Source: Eledone cirrhosa (lineage: Eukaryota). Taken from it: a stretch of 64,000 bases of DNA. The translations under genes were made by a program, and so were the position numbers. A model generated the notes under the pieces. The model made no database searches and had not been told where the DNA came from. It worked only from the letters and a program-made list of their open reading frames with translations. Positions 1 through 14,630 of the stretch are shown here, piece after piece. Every line of letters begins with the position of its first letter. Within the stretch, counting starts at the first letter, position 1. The stretch lies in contig OZ024741.1 in NCBI GenBank assembly GCA_964016885.1, forward strand, positions 295,368,001 to 295,432,000. The letters are read 5' to 3'.

Positions 1-969
1 TTAATTTCTGAACAACCTGATAGTTAAAGTTTGAAATTAGTCAAAATATATTGCAGATAATTACAAAGATAAATTTTAATTAATTCTTCTTTTTGACAAT
101 TTCTCTTAAAAACAAACTGCTTAAAGTTTCTGAAACATAGCAAATACGGTTTCAGTTGTTATTAGAGACTCAACAGCAATGCTATAAATAATTTTGATTT
201 TCTTTCCTACTAGTACAGTTTGGTGGTAATTAAAATTGCTTTGTTAATTATTTCTGATTCTTAACAACTAATTTGTATTGTTGTTACTAAAATTGTTAAG
301 TAGCTGATTGTCATTTTTTAAAATCCCTTAGTCACAAGAAAGTGCAGTGCTCATGAAACTTTTCAAGGCCTAGCGTGGAAGGTCTCCTTAAATTGGAGAC
401 ATGGCCCAAATACTTGCAACAGAGTGGATTCCACGAAAGATATTCTAGGGTTAGGAGGTAGTGTTAAATCTGGCAACAGATTAAATCTAATACTCAAATA
501 CGTCACTGCAAGATTTGAAAACAGCATCCAAAGGCTGGAAAAAAATACTGTAAGGCATCCCATCCAATGCTCTAACACTTCCATCAGTTCATCACACTAG
601 ACTGTTATTTTATTGACCCTGAAAGGATTGGATTTGAACAGTGATTGCCAAAGTAGGTGTTACCACTCCTCTGGGGTACTGAAAGACAAGGAGTGGTATG
701 GGGCATTGAGAGTCAAGGAAGGGTGATGGAGAAAAGGAGCGAAGAATACAAATTAGTAGTTTCTCATAGAACTCCTCTTTAATTATTCAGTAAATGCTTT
801 GAGATTTTTTAAAAAATTAGATTTAATTTTCAATACATAATGTTTATCAACCTTACAGTGTAGAGTGGGGTGGTGATGAAGCATATTCTCTAAACAAAGT
901 TAAAAAATTCTGGTCAAACACTTCTGCCTGCTCACTATCTCCACAATACCAGTCAAAATACGATACTAG

Positions 970-1243
970 GTCTTCTTCTTCTTCGCCCAATTATTCCTGG
1001 GAGTGTCATGGGAGCAGAGTCCTCAAAAACTCCTTTCAGCGGATCCTGTCAAAAGCAACCATCCCCGATCGATTTAGCTGTATCCCCATGCAAGACCAAC
1101 CAAACCTTTAGATGTTATCCAACCATCTTGATCGGGGTCTCCTGCCAGTTGGTTTTGCCTGTAAAATCCACCCCTAAGACATTCTGACCTTATGCCCATA
1201 ATATTGGAGCTGTGATCTCTCACTTTGGAGAAGTAGCTCTAGG
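970..1243 (-). mobile_element. RTE-like LINE 3' fragment with (GAA)n tail
   Basis: Minus strand reads ...RSQLQYYGHKVRM..ILQAKPTGRRPRSRWLDNI; tcttcttcttcttc tail; homologous copies at about 20880-20970, 32230-32467 (+) and 33975-34130. Confidence 0.75.
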
Positions 1244-2799
1244 AGTGTGTATTGGCTTGTTAACATATATTTGTTGATTCAATTGTGCTATGGGAATGTG
1301 TCTAATGATGAATAATAACTTTAGAATTAGTGAATAACCTAAGTTTTTATAACTTTGTATAAGTTCAGTGTTTCTATTGATGATCACACCAAAATTGAGA
1401 ACATGCTGCAGATGGTTACTTGTGATTGACAGAAGAACAGTGGCTTCTGGGCCTTTGATAACAAATTTGACAGAAAAAAGTTTGCTTTTATTGGTTAAAA
1501 CTTTTCATGTTGATACACAAAACTGAATAGCTTATTCTTGTCTCTAATGAATGTTAAACCTTGTACTAGTGACAGATTTTTCAACTAATGACTAAATCTA
1601 TATCAACTCTTTGTGTGAAAGTGCTATTGTTTACACTTTACTACTCCAATCTTAGATTACACACTACTGTTTGCAGTATTCAATACGTTCTTTAAAAAAC
1701 AATAGGAATATCTTGATCATCTTTGCTTTATTTACTTTGTCAGGTCATGTGCTTCACAAAGTAAACTAAAGTGTACTAGCACATTTTTTGGCAAATAAAA
1801 GAAGGGAGGTAAAAGATATCAAGTATATTTCTGGTACTCAGAGAGTTAAAAATAAAAATGAGAAAACCTGTATTTCTATTTTATTATATTTTCTAAAGTA
1901 CTTATAGTGTTAGAGCTAAAATAGTGTACATACATGGAATATAAATATACACTCATTCTCACAGATGATAATTATTTCTGTTCTACTTCGATACATGCAA
2001 CATAACTTAACGTCACACAGAACAATTATTTTTCTTCTACTTGCCATCTTCCTTTCTTACTCTTTCATTATATTATTTTCTGTGTAAGCTGGTAGTTTTT
2101 CATATCTCTGTTATTCTACCTAACAGCTTTCGATTGATTTACATAAATTATGGAAATTAATGTGTTCCTCAATAAATAATTGGCCTAGCCCTTCTTTCTA
2201 ACAAAACCCTTTTCATTGCCTCCCCACTATCTCATTAGCTTTCTTCTTAGGACCTCCATCAGATTTAAATAATGAACGTTCCAGTCATTTGACCAACGCA
2301 CTGTTATACTAATGAAATTAGAATGAAAGTGGCTGAATATTCCACAGATATGTGTATTCTTAACACAACACTCAGAGAGATTTAGCTTGACATAGTGATA
2401 AATCCAACCCTTTGAATTAGAGGTACAATCAATTTGACAAGCCCCTTCCCAATTTCATTCACAAGGTTTTGGTCGACCCAAAGCTCTAGCAAAGACACAT
2501 GCCCAAGATGCTATTCAGTTGGATCGAGTCTGGAACATCAGGATTGTGAAGCGAATTTCTTAACCATTTAGACATGTTTGTTATTAGCCTACTCCCTTAC
2601 TTTCATATCTTTTAGGATCTTTGCTAAGTAGAGTATCACTTGAATATCTCCTATCTATATAATTCTGTGTTAATATGGCAGTAATTTGTTATTTTTCCCT
2701 ATGTACAGTATCATTTGAGGGCATCTTATCTGTTTTATTTAGTACTGTCATTCAATGCATTAACATTGCAGAAATTTGGTAAATTTTCTGTTAAAACAG

Positions 2800-2946
2800 A
2801 TTGTTCATATACTATGCATAAACGGTACAACAAAGAATCTGGTATATCTGGAAGATTTATTTTTGCTGTTTTCTGTATCACACAGACACCACAGACTCGC
2901 CTCATACTGTAATCAGACAAACATCCAATACAGTCATTTTCTCTTT
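2800..2946 (+). repeat. 147-bp segment duplicated exactly at 5502-5648
   Basis: attgttcatatactatgc...cagtcattttctcttt is identical at both sites on direct comparison. Confidence 0.95.
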
Positions 2947-4673
2947 ATATTTCATTCTGTTGTCATTTTCTCTTTATATTTCATTCTGTTGTCATATCAA
3001 CAAGCTGAATAATACAACACTATTCCCTTATTGAAGGCAGCATCTGAACATTGATATAATGTTAAATTGATTTATGGGACACACTCACATGCATACACAT
3101 AGATGTATGTACATCAACCTCAGTACTTCGCTGCTATTTTGTTTTAACAATCCCAGAACGATGAAAAGTAAAGTTAACCTCAATAAGAGTTGATCCCAGA
3201 AAATAAAGAGCTGGTACAAAAATTATAAATCATTCATTTTGTCTGTTTTACCAATTCTGTCCATCCATCATTTCTTAGGTTTGTATAAGAAATTGCAATT
3301 CATTTTCATTAGCATTAGAACATTTTAAATTAAATAACACTTGTATATCTTTCACTAAAAATATCTATGAAAATATGGTGTAAAAACCACCAAACTTATC
3401 TGTTGGACCTACAAAACTTCAATTGAAATAAAGTATTGAGCCAAAAATGTTGCTTGTAAAATAGAAATATGAACTTATCTATCAGTCGAATATATACAGG
3501 AGTTTATACATCATCATCATCGTTATCATCATCATCAGGTCTGTTTTTCTATGCTTATATGGGTTGGACGGGTGTTTTTCAGCACAGCATTTCTCCACTC
3601 GTTGTGTTCTTTCATCATCTCTTTTATGAGTCTCAGCAATATGAGATCAGCTCTCACCACCTCCACCCAGTACTTCATTATACAGTGTATAATATAATGT
3701 TATAATGTTCACTTTGTAGAATTTGATGCTATCATTTTATTTTCTTTATTTAGCTAACAGTTTTAATAGTCCTCTTCTTTAATCTCATTAACAAACTTAG
3801 CTGTTAATGTTATCACTTACTATACAATGAAATTTTTAAATCTCTTTTTACTCTGCTTATATACAAAATGATAACATACATGATCAAAGACATTTTTGAA
3901 GAAAAAAGTTTTCTATTACAGTAACATACTGTATATATTATAAATTCATTAAGGGCTTATTTATAAGACTAAGCTAATTTACATTTATTTACATGGAGTA
4001 GAAGAGTTTGATTGTGCTCAGGTTGTGATTTCTAGGTTCAATTCCTATTGGCAACTTAGTTTAATTACTCTGTTTAGTTACAAGCTAATAACAACAGAGT
4101 TGTGTTTTCAAAATGTGAAATTGCTGTTACAAGATATTTTCCTACCCTGAAAACAAAAGTAATGGTAGTATTTTGTACTAACAGTATAGCTAGTTCTGTT
4201 CTTGTTGTTCCTGGTTTTTTTGTCAGATCCTCCCACACAAACAACAGGAGCTTTGAAACACAGTTGTGTTACTCTTTTTACCCTTTTACCTGTTCCAGTC
4301 ATCCAGCTTAGGTACTGCCCTAGTGTATATATATATATCATCATTATAATTTAATGTCTATTTTCCCACGCTTGCATGGGTTACATAGGTTGCCATGTTA
4401 TGAGACAATTCAGATCCAGAGGCCACGTCTTGCTTCTATGAATCTGTATTTTAGCTTGATTTCTATAGCTGGACGCCCTACCTACCACCAACAATGTTTC
4501 AATATGGACAGGGTCTTTTAGATCATGGCACTGAAACAAACACAGTACTGGGTGAACTAGGCGCTTTTTGTCTTGTCACCAACACGACCACTTTACAGGA
4601 TGGACTAGGTGCTTTTTGTCACAAACATAATCAACACACATACACACACACACGCACACGCACACACACACAC

Positions 4674-4767
<94 letters not shown>

Positions 4768-5343
4768 CAATTCAGACAACATTTGCTAAAAGAATGGTGT
4801 ATTGAAAAGTTTTTTAGAATTAATAGTAATTATTTCATTTATTAATAATCTATATATTAATTTGAACAACGTCAGTATTCCGTGTGTCATAATTCTTGAT
4901 TACCATTGGTTCATAAGTTTCAAACGACTCCGCCCACCTCAACGAAGCCAAACTGAAATTACTATGCATAATGCCAATGAGGGAGTGAGAGGGGAGAGTA
5001 TGAACACTATATGTGTCAGTGTAGAGACGTGTGTGTGGAAATAAGAGGTGAAGGAAAGCAATAACTATTAACATGCATGCGTGTGTATGAACGTGCGTGT
5101 ATGTTTATGTGTGTGTGTGTGCAGCGTTCCACAGAAAGTAAAAACTATCAACATGTGTGAGTGTGTGCGTGTGTAAGTTTGCGTGTGTGTGCGCGATTCC
5201 ATGCATGTATGTGTGTGGCGTTCCACAATCTCCACACTGTTTATCTGTCTGTGTGCCTGTCTGTCAGTCTAACATACACAGAGTTGAGAAGGGAGTAAAT
5301 AGGGACCTTTTTTTACATAGACGGACATCTTTTATATTAATTA

Positions 5344-5703
5344 TCTATATCTATATCTACATATAATATAAAAGATTGGAACTTCCATCATCCTTTTGAG
5401 AAACGTGGAACAACCACATCTATGCAATGATACACGTTTTACAGTCAGGCAGAAGATGAACCATCTCCTAGAGGTCACTATTCTAGCTGGGAGCACCTAG
5501 AATTGTTCATATACTATGCATAAACGGTACAACAAAGAATCTGGTATATCTGGAAGATTTATTTTTGCTGTTTTCTGTATCACACAGACACCACAGACTC
5601 GCCTCATACTGTAATCAGACAAACATCCAATACAGTCATTTTCTCTTTTACCTGTCTTCTCTTATCATCTGTTTACCCGGGCGAAGCTGGGTACGTCAGC
5701 TAG
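5344..5703 (+). mobile_element. Non-autonomous Helitron-like element (360 bp) with captured local DNA
   Basis: Lies between A and T; 5' TCTATATCTATATCTACATATAATATAAAA; 3' GC hairpin acccgg-gcgaag-ctgggt then CTAG|T; a similar end motif occurs at about 58959-58983. Confidence 0.72.
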
Positions 5704-5835
5704 TTATTAATAAAGCAAATATTGATTATCATATATATATGTATATATAAATATGTATATATATATATATATATATAATATATGTATATATATAATATAT
5801 ATATATATGTAATATATGTATATATACATATATAA

Positions 5836-5946
<111 letters not shown>

Positions 5947-6472
5947 GGAATAGGCAGACCTAGAAAAACCTGGGACGAGCTGATAAACTCCGACATCACA
6001 CACTTACACCTCTCCAAGACAATGTCACTGGACCGAGACCTTTGGCGGTACTCAGTAACAGAGAAGACCCGCCTTACCTAAATATATAGTAAAACCTACT
6101 CCAGCCAGTAGGCATCTCTAACAAATACACCCCGTCCCACCACCCCCACCCGATCCACACCCCCCCGTTCTATGTAAAGTTATGTTGGTGCCGCGCCATC
6201 GAGGCCGAAACAAATGAGATCGTGTAGGTGTCACGACAAAAAAACACACAGTCCACGCTGTAATGTGGCCGTGTAGGCAACACGGTAAAAACCTCCCAGA
6301 CCCACACTGTAAATGTGGTTGGTGTTAGGAAGGGCATCCAACTGTAGAAAACCTGCCAGACAGTCCTATGCGAGCAAGACAATCACTCTTGCCTCAAGTG
6401 GGACTACCCCCGTCCAAACCCATGCAAGCGTGGAACACGGACGTTAAACGCTGATGATGATGATGATGATGA
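5947..6472 (+). mobile_element. RTE-clade LINE 3' end with (GAT)n tail
   Basis: [35 protein letters not shown], then 3' UTR ending cggacgttaaacgctgatgatgatgat; same family as 62917-64000. Confidence 0.85.
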
Positions 6473-6955
6473 AAAGACGTAAAATAAGAAAATATTTTTT
6501 TTTAAATTTTTTAAAAATTTTTTACTTACTTACTTAAATTTTCACTCCAACTAATTAGTTTCTGCAATGGGATAAAGACAGTTACATAATCCAACTGTCG
6601 AGAATTCATTGCGTCATCAGGGAGTCTATTCTCAGCTGAGCCTCCAGGCAATGCGCGGACACTAGCGGCTCATATAAAAATAATAATTCGGTAGAAAGAA
6701 CAGCTAGGCGAGGACTGGATTCTATGTACTGAAATTCTCACTGCTTCCAGTCAAATGTCCGATTCTAAAGAATCAATCACGTGACATAGAGGCTAGTTAG
6801 AAGGAATGGGATGGTAAGATGACTGACGCCTACTAACACCCCAAAAAAAATTTTGAAGTGGTTTTGTCAGGTTTGCTCGACAAATCAGTGATTTGGAGAT
6901 AAATATAGATAATTTAATATATCAACTAACATAGGCGCACAGATGCACGTCCATG

Positions 6956-7024
<69 letters not shown>

Positions 7025-7514
7025 AACAACAAACAGCGGAGGACGCGTTTCGCACTTGTCCGACAGACAACCTTTCCCCCACCCCGGAAAAACCCCAGTT
7101 GATGGATGTGAATCCGAAATATATAGGGACTATTAAATCTCTCCCAAGGTAACTCTCTCTCATGTTGTTATTTTATTTTATCCTTTATACTCTTTCCTTC
7201 ATTCTTCTACACATCTCATACACACCACGCATCTCAACGTACACCCACTTACATCTCTCTCTCCCCCACCGGATCTTGTTACCCGGAGATTTACCCATTT
7301 GCATTGTCGAGGCTTCCAAACGACTTAAAGATATTTACTTATTATTCCACAATGCTTCAAGCAAACTTCAATACTCTCATATATATATATATATGAATAT
7401 GTGTATATATGTATATGTGTATATGTGTATATATATATATTTATGTGTATTATATATGTATATATATATATATATGTGTTTGTGTGTGTGCATGTATATA
7501 CATATATATATATG

Positions 7515-7545
<31 letters not shown>

Positions 7546-7862
7546 GCATATACATATTTTTTTGACAGATCCTGCTGTCAATAAAACATACACAATACTT
7601 GTTTCACTTCAATTTTATTATTAGTCCTATGCGCTACCATAGGTGGGCCATTGTTTTGGCTGAGAGGGTGAACTGACAGCGAATTTCGTTGAAATCTGTG
7701 GTGGCTAATGGTCAACTTTCTTCGGACATGCGCTTACGCAGACCGGTGGGGGTGAATTGGTACTCACAAGGGAACGGATGAAAAACCCAAAAGCACGAAC
7801 TTCATCCGTTCCCATGTCGATTCAATTTGGATTGCCTCGGAAACAACCTTATTATGTAACAA

Positions 7863-7936
7863 GCTGTCTGATGATGACACGACACTCACACACAGAACAG
7901 TGTGGCCAGTGTCGTCATTGAAATATATATCACAGC
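7863..7936 (+). ncRNA. Minimal type I hammerhead ribozyme motif
   Basis: GCUGU-CUGAUGA-[stem II ACGACACU...AGUGUCGU]-GAAA-UAUAUA-UC-ACAGC; stem I GCUGU/ACAGC; palindromic stem III; AUC cleavage triplet. Confidence 0.72.
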
Positions 7937-7983
7937 ATTATTATTAAAGGACTTGAACATCTGAAACTACTTCGCTTTTCCTT

Positions 7984-8023
<40 letters not shown>

Positions 8024-11000
8024 AACTTGCTTGTATTTTCGTTATTGTAGTGGTTTCTGTGGCTTTATCCCCTTAACCACAGTTTTCAGTTTGTCACGCC
8101 TTTAATGTATGTTTATTACTCTGAGATGTAACTTATCGAGTTATCAATATCTTCTTATTGAGTGCCTTATGCAAAGCTTCCAAATATTGTTTTTTTCAAG
8201 GGATACGGGCTGATTGCTGCAACTTCGATTTTACTCACTTTCATTCTTATTATGTATATCTATATATATCTATATCTATCTATCTATCTATCTATATATA
8301 GGTTTTACTACAATGTATATATATATATATATATATATATACATTGTAGTAAAACCTTGGTATAGAATATCCAAAAGTTTAGAGCACTCAGTCCATGAGA
8401 CGACTTATGTACAATCAATTCTACAACAATGGCATCAGACAAATACTTGAGTTTCGTTGGCCTTATTACTATTTCAGGGCAGACTGAATGATTTGGTATA
8501 AAGACCAATGAAACTCAATTATTTGTCCAATGCCATCTATATAGAACTGATTGTATCTGTGTATGTGTATATGTACATATATATATATATATATATACAC
8601 ACTCCTGCGAGTGCACAGTTGAAAGTCCAGAATAACAAGACTCACTATTTAACCATAATAAATGAATGTATGTGACTGTATGTGTGTGTGTCTATATAAG
8701 GAAAAAAGCCTATGGTTATATAGTTGAAAATGTTTGTTATGGAATAAAATAATATATATATGGCTTGAATGTATTTCCTTGAATAATATTAGATTTTTAG
8801 AAGATAGTAAGATGATAAACCATAATCCAACCTGAAATATATGATATACAGTATATTTTTTAACGTCATCATCATATTCCTCCTATAAAACCTATATCTT
8901 CTTCTTCAGTTGTTCTTCAGCTTTTCCTTTGTTGTTCATTTTATTATTATTAGCTGGATCGACATTAGAAAAGATACAATTTTTTCTTTCCTGGAACCAC
9001 TATATTGAAACAACTACTTAAAACATTCTTTTAAATTCAACCAACTTAAGTAAATATTGTTCCTTAATTTTTCCATATATTTTTTTTTTTTACTTTCATT
9101 GTTTCAGAGTATTGCTGGTCGCACAATGGTGACGTATTATTTTTTTGCATTGTCTCATTACTGTTGTTTATAGATTGTCCCTGCTCAGTTTTTTTATATC
9201 TCTCTGTCTATATATATGTATCTATCTATATCTCTATATATCTATCTCTTTCTATGTCTGTAACTAAAACAAAAAAGGGGAATATGAAATTACTTCTAAC
9301 ATCTATCTATCATCATTTCCATCATCATTTAAATTTACAAAACAAAAAAACAAAAGAAAAACATCTTCACAAACTTGTTTATTATATTTGATTCAAATAG
9401 AATCTTGTAAAAATTAATGATGTTAATTAACCAATGTGAGAGAACAACATTGATAACAATACTATTTTCTATGTCTTCGTCTAGCTAAGTTATCTGCATG
9501 TTTTATTTATAAATTTTTTTTTTTTTTTCAAGGATTAAAATTCTCTATAAAACTCTCTATCAATGTTGAAACTAATGTTTAAAAATGTTATTTCCATAAT
9601 CCTAATTCAAATTAGGATTTAAAATACTACTTAAAATAATCGGAATTTGAATGTATTTCAAAGTATTCTTTTTTTAATTACCATTAATACATGATAAATA
9701 CTTGAAAAGAAAATCCTTTGAAGAAATAAAACAAAGAATTATATTCTTTTTCTTTCTACTGTATTTATATAAACATTATCAAACCATTCTCTATTAGTTG
9801 GTTGGCCTGGCACCACAAATTCAATAGCTTTGCTCGCCAATATAACAGCTACACTTTGAAGACATGTTAAAATCTTTTGATGTAGCAACTGATATTCTGC
9901 AAAGTTTTTCCATTCTCTAAGTAAATCAAATTCAGAAATTAGAATTCCTAAACACTTCTCCACATCTACAGACTCGTTTCTATCATTCTTGAGTTCTGAC
10001 TTGATCAAAGTATTCTAGAATATCATTTGCTCTAAACCTTTGTCCTAAAAATAGAAACGCATATCTCTTTTAACTATATTATTGTTATTTTATATAATAT
10101 AATGTAATATGTTACTGTATTTAGCTTATAGAATTGCTGCAATTATAATACTTCAAAGATAAATGTTCAGTCTTTTTAAAGTTTTGTTAGTAAAATGATA
10201 ATAGTAATTATAATAATGATAATAATAAAACCACTTATAAATCAATATTCAGAACTACATACAAACTATACATTACTTTCTGTAAATAATGTGCTTTTGT
10301 AGCACCTCCTACCCAAGTAGTTGAAAGTAATTAAATCATTCACCTTCTCTTGCTCCAAATTGTAGAACTTGATTCTGCAAGTATGAAATAGCTAATGAAG
10401 GAATATTAATAATCAGGGTTTCTAATTTAGGCAGAAGAGCAGCATATTTTGGGAAGGAAAAGTCGATTAAATGGACCCCAGTTTTTAACTGGTACTTTAT
10501 TTTGTCAATTCTAGAAGGATAAAAGACAAAGTTGACCTCAGTTTGGATTTGAACTCAGAACATAAAAGATCATAACTAAATGCAGCAAAGTATTTTTTTC
10601 TGATACCCTAACAATTCTTCCCCCTTAGAAATAATTATAATAATAAAAATAATGGTTTCTGATTTAGGCATAAGGCCAAAAATGTTAGGGGGGAAGGTAC
10701 AAGTTGATTAAATCTACTCCAGTGTGTTACTGGTGTTTTATTTCATCAACCTTATAAAGATGAAAGGAAAGCTAACCTCAGCGGGATTTGAACTCTAACA
10801 ATTCTGCTAATCTGCCACTCTTATAAATAATAATAATGATAAGATGCATGGCTTGAGAAGTTAGGAATTACCATCAGGTTAGGATTATTGCAGAAAAAAG
10901 CCTTGCTAGGACCAGCAAGGGCTCTAAGGAGAGTGTTAGAAAATTGAAAGAGAAGGAATGATCCAAAGAACCTTTAGCCATTGGATTTGGCTTGCTCTTT

Positions 11001-12522
11001 TGGTATAACATATGCCAAAGAAAAAACATTATGAATGATAATAAGGATAAAAATAATAACAATAACTTCTCAGTCATTCAGTCATTAATATTAAATTATG
11101 AAGATTAAAATTATAGAGATTATTGTTTTTCAATAGAGAAGCTAAAGATATGTTTCCATGTTAACTGTATTGAATTAACATGTTTATTTTCTACTTGGGT
11201 GTTACTTTTTATTTCATTATTAACATTCTTAGAAGCAAAATGGTTGTTGATTCACATCATTATTAGTTGAATAGATAATTGAATCGATTCAGATTTAACC
11301 CTTTTGATCCCAATCTGCCAGTAGTAAAGAAAACAAATAAAATATCATTTTATAAGGTACATTGAACTTTCCATCACAAGGTTATGGAAGAATATTTGTG
11401 CTTATTTTATGTTTAAAACATCATCTTAATAAGGAGAAAGTTAATCATTTAAATAAATTCCATCAAAGTTAAGGACCAAAACACTCGCTTGAGGAAGGTT
11501 TCTTCACTGAAGACCTGCTCTTCACTAAATTCCACCAAATTCTCGATTGTTTTAAAAATTAATTAAAATACATAGGTTGTGTATATTTTAATAGAAATAA
11601 GGTCATGAAAGGGTTGAATAATATGAGATTATTGGTGAACTATGCAAACTTAAAACAAAGATTTCGACCAAATGTTTCAAAATATTTAATAATTATATTT
11701 CAAAAATATGATATTCTTATTAAATAGAGAATACAGTAAAAGTCTGTTGTTCTCATAACAAAATAACATTTTAAAACCAACATTTAAGCCTTTTAGTATC
11801 TCACTAATCTCTTATTTTATAACATCAAACTATGTTTCAACATTATAATATATTTATTTATTATTCATTAAAACAAATAGTTTGTTTAGCTCAAGGAGAT
11901 ACACGTATTCCCTTTTTGTGTCTGCATCTATATATAACTGACAACATTTCTATCAATACGACACAACTGCTCAGAAGCTTTAGTGTCACATTGACTTTGT
12001 TTTTTTTTTCTTGCTGCATGAAATTTTTTTATCATCTTCAACAAATTTGTAACAAAAAAAATAAACTAAAAAAACATAAATTAAATTAAACAAGTTCTTT
12101 TTTTTTTATTAATATTTTCTAATGTTTTATATGTATTTTTTTTAAATATACATTAACTGTTTATTTTGCCATGCTGCTCTGCTGCTTTTTTTTACCATCT
12201 TTGCCTTTTCTGCATGGCAATAGAACAATTATGTTTAATAGTTTCATTTACTTTTAATAACTTTCTGCATGATTTTTTCTTTGCCTTATTAACAGCTGTA
12301 TTGTTTTTTTTCCTACATATATATGTGTGTTTGTATGTATATATATATATGTGTGTGTGTGTGTATATATATATATGTGCGTGTTTGTGTGTATGTGTAT
12401 ATACACACACACACACACACACTTTATATACCTTATATACTGAAAGATAAATTGCAGTTTTATTAAAAGCTCCATGCAACTTATCAACCAAAGTTTTCTC
12501 TGGGATCGAAAGATTAAATAAT

Positions 12523-12710
12523 TGTTTCTACTTTTGGCACAAGGCCCGCAATTATCCCAGTGCATTACTGGTACTTATTTTATCGACCCCGTAAGGAGGA
12601 AAAGCAAAGTTAACCTTGCCGGGATTTGAATTCAGACCACAAAGGGACGTAACTCTATGCGAGAAAGCATGGCGTCCGACCCTCTACTGATACTGTAAAT
12701 CCACCGCCCT
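12523..12710 (-). mobile_element. tRNA-derived SINE, family A, with 15-bp target site duplication
   Basis: Core ttaactttgc..ttcatccttacggggtcgataaaata.gtaccagtaatgcactggg; TSD gaaagattaaataat at 12508-12522 and 12711-12725. Confidence 0.88.
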
Positions 12711-12910
12711 GAAAGATTAAATAATGAAATTAAAATATAAACACTAACAAAGTGTGATCTCTACATAAGTATATACTGTATTATCTTCATCATCAGCATT
12801 ATACATATATTGTATGTATGATGTATGTATATGTCTACATATATGTGTGTTTATATACATATGTATTCATATATATATATGTGTGTGTGTGTACACATAC
12901 ACACACACAC

Positions 12911-12946
<36 letters not shown>

Positions 12947-14467
12947 GTGTGTGTATATATATATATAAGTATATGAAGCCTGTCAAAGAAAATTGACACA
13001 GCCTATATATATTTATTTTCTATTACCACAGATTAAAAATTTAAGCAAACAATTAGTTGTATGTATGTATTTGTGTTCCAAGTAAAAAGTGATGTTTTAT
13101 TCTCTAAACTATTGTTGTTTTCATTCTTCTGCTGTTGCATTTTGATTTTTAATTAGTTTTACTGCAAAATCATTAGACATTTTAAATTCTTTCAACTAAT
13201 TTTTTATTTTTCTGAACCCAATACTTTCTTGTAAACTTAGCATGCCTTCTTTATATTTCTGCCAGATTAAAATATCTTCAAGGATGCTTTATGAAAACTG
13301 TTCATGTTTTATATTAAAGTTTCTTCAGATTGCAATTTATTTAATGTCATTTATTTTGTTTTGATTATTTTGCTGTACATACATACACACACACACATAC
13401 ATACACACACACATACACACACACATACATACACACATACATACACACATACATACACTCATACATACACTCATACATTACCACATACATACACACATAC
13501 ATACGGAATGGGCCTTAACTAGCTTACTGGTTTCAAAGAATCATAATAATTATATGCTTGCATATGAGCAGCATTTTGAACATTTAATGTAACCGACATG
13601 AATTTCCTATATATTACTTTTGGAATATAGTTCAATATCACTAGTATGTCCTTCTATTTTGGCATATCCTAATGGTTAGTCAGTAAGCTAATTATAATCC
13701 ACCTTCTGTGTATGTGTGTATATGTGTGTGTGAGTGTGTGTGTGTGTATTTATGTATATATATGTATGTATATGTATGTATATATATATATATGTATGTA
13801 TATATGTATGTATATATATATATATGTATGTATATATGTATGTATATATATATATGTATGTATATATGCATGCATATATATATATATATGTATGTATATA
13901 TACATACATATATACACACATACACACATGAATATATATATATATATATTGCTATATTGTTCAAACTTGGAGACATTTTCAGTTTTCTAAATTTGTATTT
14001 AAATGTTATGTTTTGAAAAATATTCAATAAAACACATTTATTAAAATAAATGAACAAGCCAGTTAGTTTTATGCATAATGTCACATTTAAGCTGTCTTCA
14101 TCTTTATTTTACAAAAAAACAATTTTATTATATCATGGTAAATCATTCAAATGTTACATCTTCCAGCAAGCAAAATAGCAAATATATTATCTCCTAAAAT
14201 AACAAATACATACCTCCATGGTGTGGGAGATATTTTGAAAGAACCATTACATTCAGTGGTGGAAACTGGTTTTAGAAACTAGAGGTATGCAAAGATCCAT
14301 GAAGCTGAAGTTGAGAAAGACACTGGTCTGCTAACCTAGGATTTCAGGTATTTCAAGGTCCCCTCAGGCACTTCAATCAGCTGACAGCAACTGAGCAAAA
14401 AAAAATTGCCAAACCCTTTATCCCTGTTGGGTCCTTTGGCTTCAGCCTAGTCAGCCTTATGAATAAT

Positions 14468-14630
14468 TGTTTCTACTTTTGGTACAAGGCCAGCACTTAT
14501 CCCAGTACATTCGTGGTGCTTTATTTTATCGACCCTGTAAGAATGAAAGGCAAAGTTGACCATAAAGGGTCGTAACTTTATGTAGCAAAGCATAGTGTCC
14601 GACCCTCTACCGATACAGCCAATACACTGC
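14468..14630 (-). mobile_element. SINE family A copy with TSD ccttatgaataat
   Basis: Same core; direct repeat at 14455-14467 and 14631-14643. Further copies at about 10410-10820 (two, degenerate), 28341-28480, 29981-30165, 38070-38200, 50530-50720, 56810-56990 and 58038-58212. Confidence 0.85.
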
